Notes: generated from the sequence alone by a model not told the origin. A stretch of 32,000 nucleotides of DNA from Acidothermus cellulolyticus 11B (GCF_000015025.1 NC_008578.1:1800001-1832000); one strand, 5' to 3'; shown: positions 16,342 through 24,618, numbered from the stretch's first letter. Translations and numbers: made by a program.

Positions 16342-18012
16342 TCAGTCGCGGGTCAACCGGCGGTACGTCGTCCGGTGGGGCCGAGCGGCGTCCGGTCCGA
16401 GGCGTTCGACCTTGTTCTTCTCATACGCGTCGAAATTGCCTTCGAACCAGAACCACCGCGAATCGCCCTCCCACGCAAGGATGTGCGTCGCCACCCGGTC
16501 GAGAAACCACCGGTCGTGGCTCGTGATCACGGCACAGCCGGGAAATTCCGCCAGCGCCCGTTCCAGGCTTGCCAGGGTTTCGACGTCCAGGTCATTCGTC
16601 GGCTCGTCGAGGAGCAGCACGTTGCCGCCTTGCTTCAAGGTGAGGGCGAGGTTGAGGCGATTCCGCTCACCACCGGAGAATGCGGCAACCGGCTTCTGCT
16701 GGTCGCTGCCTTTGAACCCAAATGCCGCGATGTATGCGCGGCTCGGCACTTCGACATTGCCGACCTTGATGTAGTCCAGGCCGTCTGAGATCAGCTCCCA
16801 CGCGGTTTTCTGCGGGTCGAGACCGGCGCGCGCCTGGTCGACGTACGCAAGCTTCACGGTCTCGCCGATGCGGATCGTCCCGGCGTCCGGCCGCTCCTCA
16901 CCCACGATCATCCGGAAGAGGGTCGTCTTTCCGACGCCGTTCGGCCCGATGACACCGACGATTCCGTTGGGCGGAAGGGAGAATGAGAGGCCGTCGAAAA
17001 GCAGCTGATCGTCGTAGCCCTTGCGAAGGTTCTCCACTTCGACGACGACGCTGCCCAGCCGCGGACCCGGCGGTATCTGAATCTCCTCGAAGTCCAGCTT
17101 TCGATATTTTGCCGCCTCGGCCGCCATCTCTTCATAACGTGCGAGTCGGGCCCGGCTCTTCGCCTGACGCGCACGTGGACTCGACCGGACCCACTCGAGT
17201 TCCTCTTCCAGCCGCTTGCGCAGCTTGGCGTCTTTCTGACCCTCCACTTTGAGCCGAGCCGCCTTGGTCTCCAGGTAGGTCGTGTAATTGCCTTCGTACG
17301 GGTAGGTGCGGCCGCGGTCGATTTCCAGAATCCACTGCGCAACGTTCTCCAGGAAATACCGGTCGTGCGTCACCGCGATGACCGTACCGGGATATTTCTC
17401 AAGATGCTGCTCCAACCATTGCACGCTCTCAGCGTCCAGGTGGTTGGTGGGTTCGTCGAGCAGCAGGAGATCCGGTTGGGAGAGCAACAACCGGCAGAGT
17501 GCGACCCGGCGCCGCTCGCCCCCGGAGAGAACGCGGACGTCGGCATCAGGCGGCGGACAGCGCAAGGCGTCCATTGCCTGCTCGAGCCGGGAGTCGAGAT
17601 CCCACGCGTTCAGGTGGTCCAACCTGGTCTGCAGGTCGCCGAGTTCACTGAGCAGGGCGTCGTAATCGGCGTCGGGATTGGCCAGCGCCTCACTCACTTC
17701 GTGAAACCGCGCAAGGAGCGCCTTGGTCTCCGCGACCCCTTCCTCGACGTTGCCCAATACCGTCTTGGATTCGTCCAATTGCGGTTCTTGCGGCAGCCAT
17801 CCCACAGTGGTGCCTGGGGCGAGGTAAGCCTCGCCGTTGCTCAGCGGCTCGACACCGGCCATTATCTTCAGCAACGTCGATTTGCCCATGCCGTTGGGAC
17901 CGACGACTCCGATCTTTGCTCCGGGAAGAAACGCGAGCGTGACGTCGTCCAGGATCACTTTCTCGCCGTACGCTTTACGGGCTTTGCGCAAGACATAAAT
18001 GAACTCGGGCAC
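16342..18012 (-). CDS. ettA: energy-dependent translational throttle protein EttA (ABC-F ATPase)
   Basis: 556-aa ORF with two ABC cassettes and no transmembrane domain. Walker A motifs are GPNGMGKST and GPNGVGKTT; signatures are LSGGERRRVAL and FSGGERNRLNL. The N-terminus is the characteristic MPEFIYVLRKARKAYG. Confidence 0.95.
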   Translation of the reverse strand: MPEFIYVLRKARKAYGEKVILDDVTLAFLPGAKIGVVGPNGMGKSTLLKIMAGVEPLSNGEAYLAPGTTVGWLPQEPQLDESKTVLGNVEEGVAETKALLARFHEVSEALANPDADYDALLSELGDLQTRLDHLNAWDLDSRLEQAMDALRCPPPDADVRVLSGGERRRVALCRLLLSQPDLLLLDEPTNHLDAESVQWLEQHLEKYPGTVIAVTHDRYFLENVAQWILEIDRGRTYPYEGNYTTYLETKAARLKVEGQKDAKLRKRLEEELEWVRSSPRARQAKSRARLARYEEMAAEAAKYRKLDFEEIQIPPGPRLGSVVVEVENLRKGYDDQLLFDGLSFSLPPNGIVGVIGPNGVGKTTLFRMIVGEERPDAGTIRIGETVKLAYVDQARAGLDPQKTAWELISDGLDYIKVGNVEVPSRAYIAAFGFKGSDQQKPVAAFSGGERNRLNLALTLKQGGNVLLLDEPTNDLDVETLASLERALAEFPGCAVITSHDRWFLDRVATHILAWEGDSRWFWFEGNFDAYEKNKVERLGPDAARPHRTTYRRLTRD

Positions 18013-18130
18013 GTCGTCTGAGTTTACGGAATGTCACCGTGGCCGGCACGGCCGGCCGGTTGGGCACGGCCGGTCGGGCGCGGGGGTGGCGGGCCGGGCG
18101 CGAGGGCCGGGGTCGCGGACCGGTCGCCGG

Positions 18131-18253
18131 CCGGGGACCGGTCGCGGGCGCAGTCCGGTCGGGGTTGCGGACCGCTCGCCGGCCGGTCGGGCGTCGCGGG
18201 CGCAGTCCGGCCGGGGTTGCGGACCGCTCGCCGGCCGGGGACCGGTCGCGGGG
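18131..18253. repeat. GC-rich 52-bp tandem repeat (~2.4 copies) between sirB stop and ettA start
   Basis: Units at 18131-18182 and 18183-18234 (about 44/52 identical), plus a partial third at 18235-18253. Related degenerate material extends back to ~18050. Confidence 0.8.
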
Positions 18254-18260
18254 CCGGTTC

Positions 18261-19007
18261 TCATCCCGGCCCGCGGTACGGCCCACCGCCGGAGATCGCC
18301 ATCAGCCGCCGGACCGCCGCGTCGTACCGTTCGAGCACGACAGCCACGATCTCGTCGTCCGCGCCGAGCGGCTCAGTCACGATGTCCGCCCCGGTTTCGC
18401 TGAATCGGTCAGGAAGTTTGCCCGGAGCGAGCACGTAACTTGCGACGACGACCGGGCGGTGCCCGCGTTCGCGCAGGCGCGCCACGACGTCCGCAACATC
18501 CGGTTCGCCAGACGCAAAGCCGATCGTCGCGCCCAACGTGGCTGCGACGCCGGCGAGCTCGGCGTTCGCCCGGGGGTCGGACGTGCCGATCGCCCCGAGG
18601 ACCACCGCCGCATCCGACGGCGCACCGGCTTCGGCGAGCCGCCGCCGCACCAAATCGAACAGCCGTGGATGTGGCCCGAGTGCACCCGCGACAATCCACC
18701 GCAACCCGGGATGCCGAGCCTCAGCGGCTCGCAGCAGCTGCGGAATGTCGGTGTTGACGTGGTAGGCGGCGGTGAGCAGCAACGGGACGACGACCAGTTC
18801 GCGCACGCCCGCGGCGACGAGATCGTCGATCGCGGTGGGGACATCGGGCTGGCTGAAACCGAGGTGGGCGAGGACGGCGGGCACGTCGGGACGCGCCGCG
18901 CGAACCCGGGCGATCAATTCGCGCATGACGGGCTCGGCCCTCGGTTGCGGGCTGCCGTGCGCTATAGCGAGCAGTGCCGGAGGATTCACCCGCGCCGGAG
19001 GATTCAC
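18261..19007 (-). CDS. sirB: sirohydrochlorin ferrochelatase (CbiX/SirB family, two-domain form)
   Basis: 248-aa ORF with CbiX-type blocks (LLAIAHGS..., VVVPLLLTAAYH) duplicated in its two halves. The GTG start at 19007 has GGAGGAG 5-6 nt upstream and overlaps the cysG stop (GTGA). Confidence 0.8.
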   Translation of the reverse strand: MNPPARVNPPALLAIAHGSPQPRAEPVMRELIARVRAARPDVPAVLAHLGFSQPDVPTAIDDLVAAGVRELVVVPLLLTAAYHVNTDIPQLLRAAEARHPGLRWIVAGALGPHPRLFDLVRRRLAEAGAPSDAAVVLGAIGTSDPRANAELAGVAATLGATIGFASGEPDVADVVARLRERGHRPVVVASYVLAPGKLPDRFSETGADIVTEPLGADDEIVAVVLERYDAAVRRLMAISGGGPYRGPG

Positions 19008-20431
19008 CCGCGCTCCTCCGCGTGTTGTCTCGACCGGCCTCGAGGGCGCCCATCGCTTGCCGGCTCACCCGCGCCGTCGTCCGCAACAGGGGATCCCACC
19101 CTCAGCCGGCCAGGCGACACGCGCGCGGCTATCTCGTCCCCGAGAGCCGCGACAGTCTCGTCCCCGAGAGGCGCGACAGTCTCGTCCCCGCGGCCTCCGA
19201 TCCGCCGATCCTCCCGCCGCAGGCCTGCCGCCCCGGTAACCGTCTCGTCCCCGAGCGTTGTGACCCGCCAGGCGACGACATCGCCGACGACCAAGACCGC
19301 CGGCGGACGCACACCCACGGCCTGGGCTCGCGGCGCGATCGTCCCCACGGTTGCGATCGTCACCCGCTGGTGCGGAAGTGTGCCGTTCTCGACGACCGCG
19401 GCCGGCGTGGACTCGTCAAGACCCGCTGCGACGAGCTCCTTGGCAATCTGGTCGATGCGACTGACCCCCATGAGGATGACGAGGGTCCCCCCGGCGCCGA
19501 CGACCGACCGCCAGTCGACGTCGTCGTGCCCGCTCAACACCGTGAAGTGCCGGGCCACGCCACGCTGGGTGACCGGAATCCCCGCGCTTGCCGGTACGGC
19601 GATGGCGCTCGTCACGCCGGGAACGACTTCGCACGGCACTCCTGCGGCCATGCACGCCGCCAACTCTTCCCCGCCGCGACCGAGGACGAACGGGTCGCCG
19701 CCTTTCAGCCGCACCACGAATTTTCCTTGCCGCGCAAGGGAAACCAACAACTCGTTGATCTCAGACTGGGTGCGGGTGTGATGGTCGCGTGCCTTGCCCA
19801 CGTCGATCACCTCGACACCGCTGGGCAGTTCGGCAAGGAGTGCCCGCGGCCCCAGCCGGTCGGTGACGACGACGTCGGCTTCCGCGAGCAGCCGCCGGCC
19901 ACGCACCGTGATGAGCTCGGGGTCGCCGGGACCGCCGCCGACAAGGGCGACCCGCCCGGCGTGTGCCCGGTGACGACGTAACGGCAGGGCACCGGTGTTC
20001 AGGGCGAGCTGGACGGCGTCCCGTAGTACGCGCGCCCGGCACGGATCCCCGCCGGCGTTCACCGCAATGGTCACGTCATCGACTCGGGCGACCGCCGGGA
20101 CGGCGGCCGAGCTGTGAGCCGCATCTGCAGCCCTGACGTACCAGATCCGCGCGGCCTCGGCCTCGGCGCACACCGCGTCGTCGACGTCCGGTACACCGGT
20201 GCAGGCATGGACCAGCCATGCCCCGGCGACGTCCCCGGGCTGATATGCCCGCCGGAAGGTGCGAATCCGCTGATCGCTCGCCAGCTCCGGCGAGATGTCG
20301 GGAGCGATGACGTCAACGCGGCCGCCGGCGTCCGCGGCCGCAATCGCCCGGCGCGTCCCGACCCGCCCCCCGCCGACGACGACGACCCGTCGGCCGGTCA
20401 GATCGAGAAGGAGTGGGTATTGGGCGGTCAC
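19004..20431 (-). CDS. cysG: siroheme synthase-like bifunctional protein (precorrin-2 dehydrogenase domain plus uroporphyrinogen-III C-methyltransferase)
   Basis: The N-terminal Rossmann block is RRVVVVGGGRVGTRRA. SUMT blocks follow (VALVGGGPGDPELITVRG, LKGGDPFVLGRGGEE, VPGVTSA). I trimmed the 585-aa track ORF to the GTG at 20431, which has GGAGAA upstream and sits 25 nt after the cysN stop. The upstream 110 codons overlap cysN and look non-coding. A ~95-aa repeat-containing C-terminal extension is present. Confidence 0.85.
   Translation of the reverse strand: MTAQYPLLLDLTGRRVVVVGGGRVGTRRAIAAADAGGRVDVIAPDISPELASDQRIRTFRRAYQPGDVAGAWLVHACTGVPDVDDAVCAEAEAARIWYVRAADAAHSSAAVPAVARVDDVTIAVNAGGDPCRARVLRDAVQLALNTGALPLRRHRAHAGRVALVGGGPGDPELITVRGRRLLAEADVVVTDRLGPRALLAELPSGVEVIDVGKARDHHTRTQSEINELLVSLARQGKFVVRLKGGDPFVLGRGGEELAACMAAGVPCEVVPGVTSAIAVPASAGIPVTQRGVARHFTVLSGHDDVDWRSVVGAGGTLVILMGVSRIDQIAKELVAAGLDESTPAAVVENGTLPHQRVTIATVGTIAPRAQAVGVRPPAVLVVGDVVAWRVTTLGDETVTGAAGLRREDRRIGGRGDETVAPLGDETVAALGDEIAARVSPGRLRVGSPVADDGAGEPASDGRPRGRSRQHAEERG
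19132..19190. repeat. 24-bp tandem repeat (2 full copies plus a partial third) in the cysG 3' extension, encoding GDETVA-type octapeptides
   Basis: tctcgtccccgagagccgcgacag (19132-19155), tctcgtccccgagaggcgcgacag (19156-19179), then tctcgtccccg. A further related copy lies at ~19241-19257. Confidence 0.85.
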
Positions 20432-20456
20432 CGCGTTCTCCAGCAGCTGACCGGCG

Positions 20457-21752
20457 CTAACCGGTACGCGATTCGAGGGGATCGCCGACAAGTCCGGCGG
20501 CAAGCGTCGCGCCGTCCTGCTCATCGATGAGGAGAAATGCGCCGGTGAGCCGGTCCGTGGCGTAATCATCCACGGCAAGCGGCGCTGCGACGCGCAACCG
20601 CACTCCGCCAATGTCGTTGAGCACCAATTCGCCGTCCGCTTTCTCCTTGCGAAGCGTCGCAATGTCGAGCCGGTACGTGATGGCGTCAATGACCCCTTTG
20701 ACGACGCGGGTGGTGTGTTTGACGAGGAGACGGTCACCGACCCGCAGCGGCCGCTCCGCAAGCTGACAAATTGTTGCGGCGAATTCGCGCGTCACCGTCG
20801 GTTCGGCACCCGGCGTCACGAGCAGGTCACCGCGTCCGATATCAAGCTCGTCGTAGAGCCGCACGGTAATGGAGCGTGGGGCCGCCGCTTCGGTGAGCGG
20901 ACCGTCGAACGTGTCGATAGCGGCGACACGGCTGCGCAGCCCGACCGGGAGGACGACGACGTCGTCGTCAACCCGGAGGATGCCGCTTGCCAATTGGCCG
21001 GCATACCCGCGATATTCCGAGGCGCGGATGACGTACTGCACGGGAAATCGGACGGGCTGGCCAGCCTGGTCGAGATCGACGTCGACGGTTTCGAGATGCT
21101 CGAGAAGTGTCGGACCGGTATACCAGGGCATCTCAGCCGACTTCTCCACCACGTTGTCGCCGCGCAATGCGCTGACCGGGATCACGGTATGGTCGCTGAT
21201 GCCGAGCGCTTCAGCCGCCGACGCGAAATCCGCCGCTATGCCGCGGAAAACGGACTCATTAAAGCCGACAAGGTCCATTTTGTTCACCGCAAGCACCAGG
21301 TGCCGAATGCCGAGGAGCGCGGCGACCGCGAGGTGTCGGCGGGTCTGCTCGACGACGCCTTTGCGCGCGTCAACAAGCAGAACGACCAGTTCCGCAGTGG
21401 ATGCGCCGGTCACCATGTTCCTCGTGTACTGCACGTGGCCGGGCGTGTCGGCGAGGACGAATTTGCGGCGCGGTGTCGTGAAGTACCGGTAGGCCACGTC
21501 AATGGTGATGCCCTGTTCCCGCTCGGCCCGCAAACCGTCGGTGATCAGGGCGAGTTCGATGTCGTCCGAACCCCGGCTGCGGCTGGCGCGCCGCACGGAT
21601 TCAAGTGTGTCGGCGAGCACCGCTTTGGAGTCGTGGAGCAACCGGCCGACAAGGGTGGATTTTCCGTCGTCAACACTCCCCGCGGTGGCGAACCGCAGCA
21701 TGCCGACAGTGCGGTCGAGCGTGGACACGGGTGGAGTATCCGTATGCAACAT
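20457..21752 (-). CDS. cysN: sulfate adenylyltransferase subunit 1 (GTPase)
   Basis: 431-aa ORF with GTPase motifs GSVDDGKSTL, DTPGH and NKMD, plus EF-Tu-like beta-barrel domains. It has no fused APS-kinase domain. Confidence 0.92.
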   Translation of the reverse strand: MLHTDTPPVSTLDRTVGMLRFATAGSVDDGKSTLVGRLLHDSKAVLADTLESVRRASRSRGSDDIELALITDGLRAEREQGITIDVAYRYFTTPRRKFVLADTPGHVQYTRNMVTGASTAELVVLLVDARKGVVEQTRRHLAVAALLGIRHLVLAVNKMDLVGFNESVFRGIAADFASAAEALGISDHTVIPVSALRGDNVVEKSAEMPWYTGPTLLEHLETVDVDLDQAGQPVRFPVQYVIRASEYRGYAGQLASGILRVDDDVVVLPVGLRSRVAAIDTFDGPLTEAAAPRSITVRLYDELDIGRGDLLVTPGAEPTVTREFAATICQLAERPLRVGDRLLVKHTTRVVKGVIDAITYRLDIATLRKEKADGELVLNDIGGVRLRVAAPLAVDDYATDRLTGAFLLIDEQDGATLAAGLVGDPLESRTG

Positions 21753-21755
21753 TTC

Positions 21756-22742
21756 CTAGAAGTAACCTTCCCGTTTCCGGTCTTCCATCGCCGCCTCGGA
21801 GAGCTTGTCGTCCGCCCGGGTCGCGCCCCGCTCGGTGATCCGGCTCGCCGCCACCTCCGCGATGACCTCGGCGACCGTACTGGCGGTTGACTCGATCGCC
21901 CCGGTGCAGCTCATGTCACCGACCGTGCGGTAGCGAACCTTCTTCCGCTCCACCACCTCGCCGTCGCGCGGCCCGCCCCACGCACCGGGCGCGAGCCACA
22001 TGCCGTTGCGAAGGAAGACCTCGCGCTCGTGCGCGAAGTAAATGGAGGGCAGCTCAATGTTCTCCCGCTCGATGTACTCCCAGACATCCAGTTCGGTCCA
22101 GTTGGATAGCGGGAAAACGCGGACGTGCTCGCCGGGGCGATGCCGGCCGTTGTACAAATTCCACAGCTCCGGACGCTGGCGACGGGGATCCCATTGCCCG
22201 AAGTCGTCCCGCAGCGAGAAAATTCGCTCCTTGGCCCGCGCTTTTTCTTCGTCGCGGCGACCGCCGCCGAGGACGGCGTCGAACCGGTGGGCGGCAATAG
22301 CGTCGAGCAGCGGCACGGTCTGCAGCGGGTTTCGCGTTCCGTCCGGCCGTTCCCGCAGCTTGCCGGCGTCAATGTAGTCTTGAACGCTCACGACGATGAG
22401 CTCAAGGCCGAGCCGCGCGACCAGGCGATCGCGAAAGTCGAGGACTTCCGGGAAATTGTGTCCGGTGTCCACGTGCATGACCGGGAAGGGAATGGCCGCC
22501 GGCCAGAAGGCTTTCAGCGCGAGGTGAAGCATCACCGCGCTGTCCTTCCCGCCGGAGAACAGCAGCACAGGACGCTCAAATTCGGCGGCCACCTCCCGAA
22601 TGATGTGAATGCTCTCGGATTCCAAGAGATCCAGGTGCGGCACGACGGGACGGCGCGGTTGCCGGTCGGCTGCCGTGCGCCGGACTGACACCGGATCTGC
22701 ACGGTACGTCGGACCTGCGGCTATCTCACTACGCACACTCAT
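21756..22742 (-). CDS. cysD: sulfate adenylyltransferase subunit 2
   Basis: 328-aa ORF with the PP-loop SGGKDS and strongly conserved CysD blocks (HVDTGHNFPE, WNLYN, RVFPLSNWTELDVWEYI). Its start overlaps the cysC stop (ATGA). Confidence 0.95.
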   Translation of the reverse strand: MSVRSEIAAGPTYRADPVSVRRTAADRQPRRPVVPHLDLLESESIHIIREVAAEFERPVLLFSGGKDSAVMLHLALKAFWPAAIPFPVMHVDTGHNFPEVLDFRDRLVARLGLELIVVSVQDYIDAGKLRERPDGTRNPLQTVPLLDAIAAHRFDAVLGGGRRDEEKARAKERIFSLRDDFGQWDPRRQRPELWNLYNGRHRPGEHVRVFPLSNWTELDVWEYIERENIELPSIYFAHEREVFLRNGMWLAPGAWGGPRDGEVVERKKVRYRTVGDMSCTGAIESTASTVAEVIAEVAASRITERGATRADDKLSEAAMEDRKREGYF

Positions 22743-23428
22743 TGCACTCCTTCGCCTACGGCGCTGGGTTCGAGCCCATCCGATTCGACTCGCGTGTCGC
22801 GGGGCTGGTCCGTGATCGGCAAGTCGGGCGTTTCGCTGCGGGCCATCACCTGGACGAGGACCGCATACACCCGGTCGACGGCCTCGGCGACGGTGAGACC
22901 CGTCGTGTCGAGGCGGAGTTCGGGGTTCTGCGGTTCCTCATAGGGGTCGTCGACACCGGTGAGGCCGCGCAGCACACCGGCTTGCTGCTTGGCGTACAAG
23001 CCTTTGACGTCACGCGCGGCGCATACCGACAACGGCGTCGCGACGTGGACTTCAACGAACGGAATTCCTTCTGCCGCGTGTTCGGCACGGACTGCGGCGC
23101 GGCTGGCTTGGTACGGCGCGATTACCGGCACCAGGGCGAAAACCCCATGGCGGGCCAGTAACCGGGCGACGAAACCCACCCGCCGGACGTTCGTCTCCCG
23201 ATCCTGCCTACTAAATCCGAGGTCAGCGGTCAGGTGCCGGCGCAGCTCATCGCCGTCCAGGATCTCCACCTGCCGGCCTTCGACCTGAAGCCGGGCCGCA
23301 AGCCCGCTTGCGAGAGTCGATTTGCCCGCGCTCGGGAGCCCAGTGAACCAGACCGTCGCGCCGCCTCGCGACAACACCGCCGAACCGACCGGCGCCGCCC
23401 TAAGCCGGTGAGCCGATGCCGCAATCAT
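22739..23428 (-). CDS. cysC: adenylylsulfate (APS) kinase
   Basis: 229-aa ORF with the P-loop TGLPSAGKST and the blocks LDGDELR, LGFSRQDRETNVRR and the VIAPY region. An SD GAGGGGA lies 5 nt upstream of the ATG. Confidence 0.9.
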   Translation of the reverse strand: MIAASAHRLRAAPVGSAVLSRGGATVWFTGLPSAGKSTLASGLAARLQVEGRQVEILDGDELRRHLTADLGFSRQDRETNVRRVGFVARLLARHGVFALVPVIAPYQASRAAVRAEHAAEGIPFVEVHVATPLSVCAARDVKGLYAKQQAGVLRGLTGVDDPYEEPQNPELRLDTTGLTVAEAVDRVYAVLVQVMARSETPDLPITDQPRDTRVESDGLEPSAVGEGVQ

Positions 23429-23554
23429 GCACGTCCCCTCGTCGTCGGTGTCCCCTCGCTGCGCACACCTGCGTGACGGCGCGGTTGACCGGCCGTCAGC
23501 CCGGGTTCGCCGCGGCGACCCAGCTGCCGATCAGCGGACCTTCGCTGGTGCGAT

Positions 23555-23568
23555 TCACCCATGGGTGA
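23555..23568. promoter_or_regulatory. perfect 14-bp palindrome in the cysC operon leader
   Basis: tcacccatgggtga is its own reverse complement. It lies ~130 bp upstream of the cysC start. The operator role is inference only. Confidence 0.25.
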
Positions 23569-23837
23569 CAACGTCCCTTCATTTCGGTGAGCGCAGGCCA
23601 ACGAGCTCGTTGCGAGCTGTGGATCCGTGACCTGCGCTCGTCTTCGAACAGCGGCTACAGGGTCAGCACGCGGGCATACAGACAGCGCTCGACACCCGCA
23701 ACAGGTCGACGTGCAACCTGGCGACAAGGAGAACCGTCGGCGGGTCGGAGCGTGACATCACCCTTTGAGGGTGCCATACTCCTCCAATACCTGTCGAATC
23801 TCTAGACAATGTGTCGCGTGACAGGAACCCGGCAACC

Positions 23838-24377
23838 TCATGCCGGCGTCGCGAGCTCGGTCATGTCGTCCTCCAGAGCGGACGCAATCGCGGACTCAGC
23901 GCCCGACCCGGCCGACTCGATGTCGGACCTGTCCGGCTCGATGTCGGACCTGTCCAGCTCGGTGTCTGATCTGTCCGATCCATTGCCAGGCGACGGCCAG
24001 TGTGCCACGCCCGCTCGCTCTGCCCGCTTGACGACGGCAACCGCGCGGGAGAGATCGGGACCGACCGCGAGCGCGTCGATCTCCACCCCCTCGCGGCGAC
24101 TGCCATCCTTGGCGTCATACCAGCGCGTCGCCAGCCGGCCGATCACGATCACGCTCTGGCCGCGCTTCAACGATGCGGCGACATTCTCGGCCAGCCCGCG
24201 CCAGCAAGTCACCGAGGCGAAGAGCGTCTCGCCGTCGCGCCACTGCCCGGCTGTTCGATCAAAGCGCCGAGGGGTCGCGGCTAGCCGAAACGACGCCACT
24301 GCATGGCCGTCGGCGGTGAAATTCAACCGGGGATCTGCCACCACATTGCCGAGAATCGTCACCTGCGGATCAAACAT
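23838..24377 (-). CDS. ssb: single-stranded DNA-binding protein paralog (OB fold, non-canonical tail)
   Basis: The OB-fold N-terminus MFDPQVTILGNVVADPRLNFTADGHAVASFRLA... is typical of SSB. The ATG at 24377 has GGAGGGAG upstream, so the track ORF start at 24467 was trimmed. The tail contains DRSD(I/T)E heptad repeats and ends ...EDDMTELATPA. Confidence 0.85.
   Translation of the reverse strand: MFDPQVTILGNVVADPRLNFTADGHAVASFRLAATPRRFDRTAGQWRDGETLFASVTCWRGLAENVAASLKRGQSVIVIGRLATRWYDAKDGSRREGVEIDALAVGPDLSRAVAVVKRAERAGVAHWPSPGNGSDRSDTELDRSDIEPDRSDIESAGSGAESAIASALEDDMTELATPA
23916..23978. repeat. 21-bp tandem repeat x3 in the ssb tail
   Basis: ctcgatgtcggacctgtccgg (23916-23936), ctcgatgtcggacctgtccag (23937-23957), ctcggtgtctgatctgtccga (23958-23978). 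In frame, these encode DRSDTEL, DRSDIEP and DRSDIES. Confidence 0.9.
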
Positions 24378-24618
24378 CGCAATCTCCCTCCACGGATACG
24401 GCCCGCCTTTGTCGGATAGGGCTCGCCTGAGTCGGTCCCGCGCGGTACGACGAACAGCGGTCGACACCGCGCATGTGGCCAGACTGCGTCACGCCGGGGC
24501 CGCTTCCGGCTCGCGCTGCGCTACCTGGGGACGGCGAACCGCTGTCCTGTGGATGAGGGACGTTCGGCCCGAGGCGGCGAAACTCGGCTGCGCGTCCCGT
24601 AGCCTTGGAGTGTCAATT

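Noticed and set aside
18091-18112. G-quadruplex motif gggccgggcgcgagggccgggg
   Set aside because: It fits G3N1-7 x4, but such tracts are expected by chance at this G+C content. It is mentioned only as part of the ettA leader finding.
18131-18253. Possible CRISPR array
   Set aside because: The repeats are directly adjacent 52-bp units with no unique spacers, and no cas genes are present. This is a simple tandem repeat.
18039-19981. 580-aa and 335-aa plus-strand ORFs
   Set aside because: They are antisense to sirB and cysG and begin inside the GC-rich repeat. Their products are Arg/Pro/Ser-rich low complexity.
20432-20761. Upstream 110 codons of the 585-aa cysG track ORF
   Set aside because: They overlap the 3' end of cysN in another frame and read as Ser/Arg/Thr-rich noise. 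A GTG with an SD lies right after the cysN stop, where the Rossmann motif begins.
20715-21890. 391-aa plus-strand ORF
   Set aside because: It is antisense to cysN, which has an unambiguous GTPase motif set.
23429-23837. SAM-I or SAM-IV riboswitch upstream of the sulfur-assimilation operon
   Set aside because: I reverse-complemented the leader and looked for the conserved cores I remember (for example GUGCCAGCG...GCAACC for SAM-IV) and found none. Only an Infernal scan could settle it.
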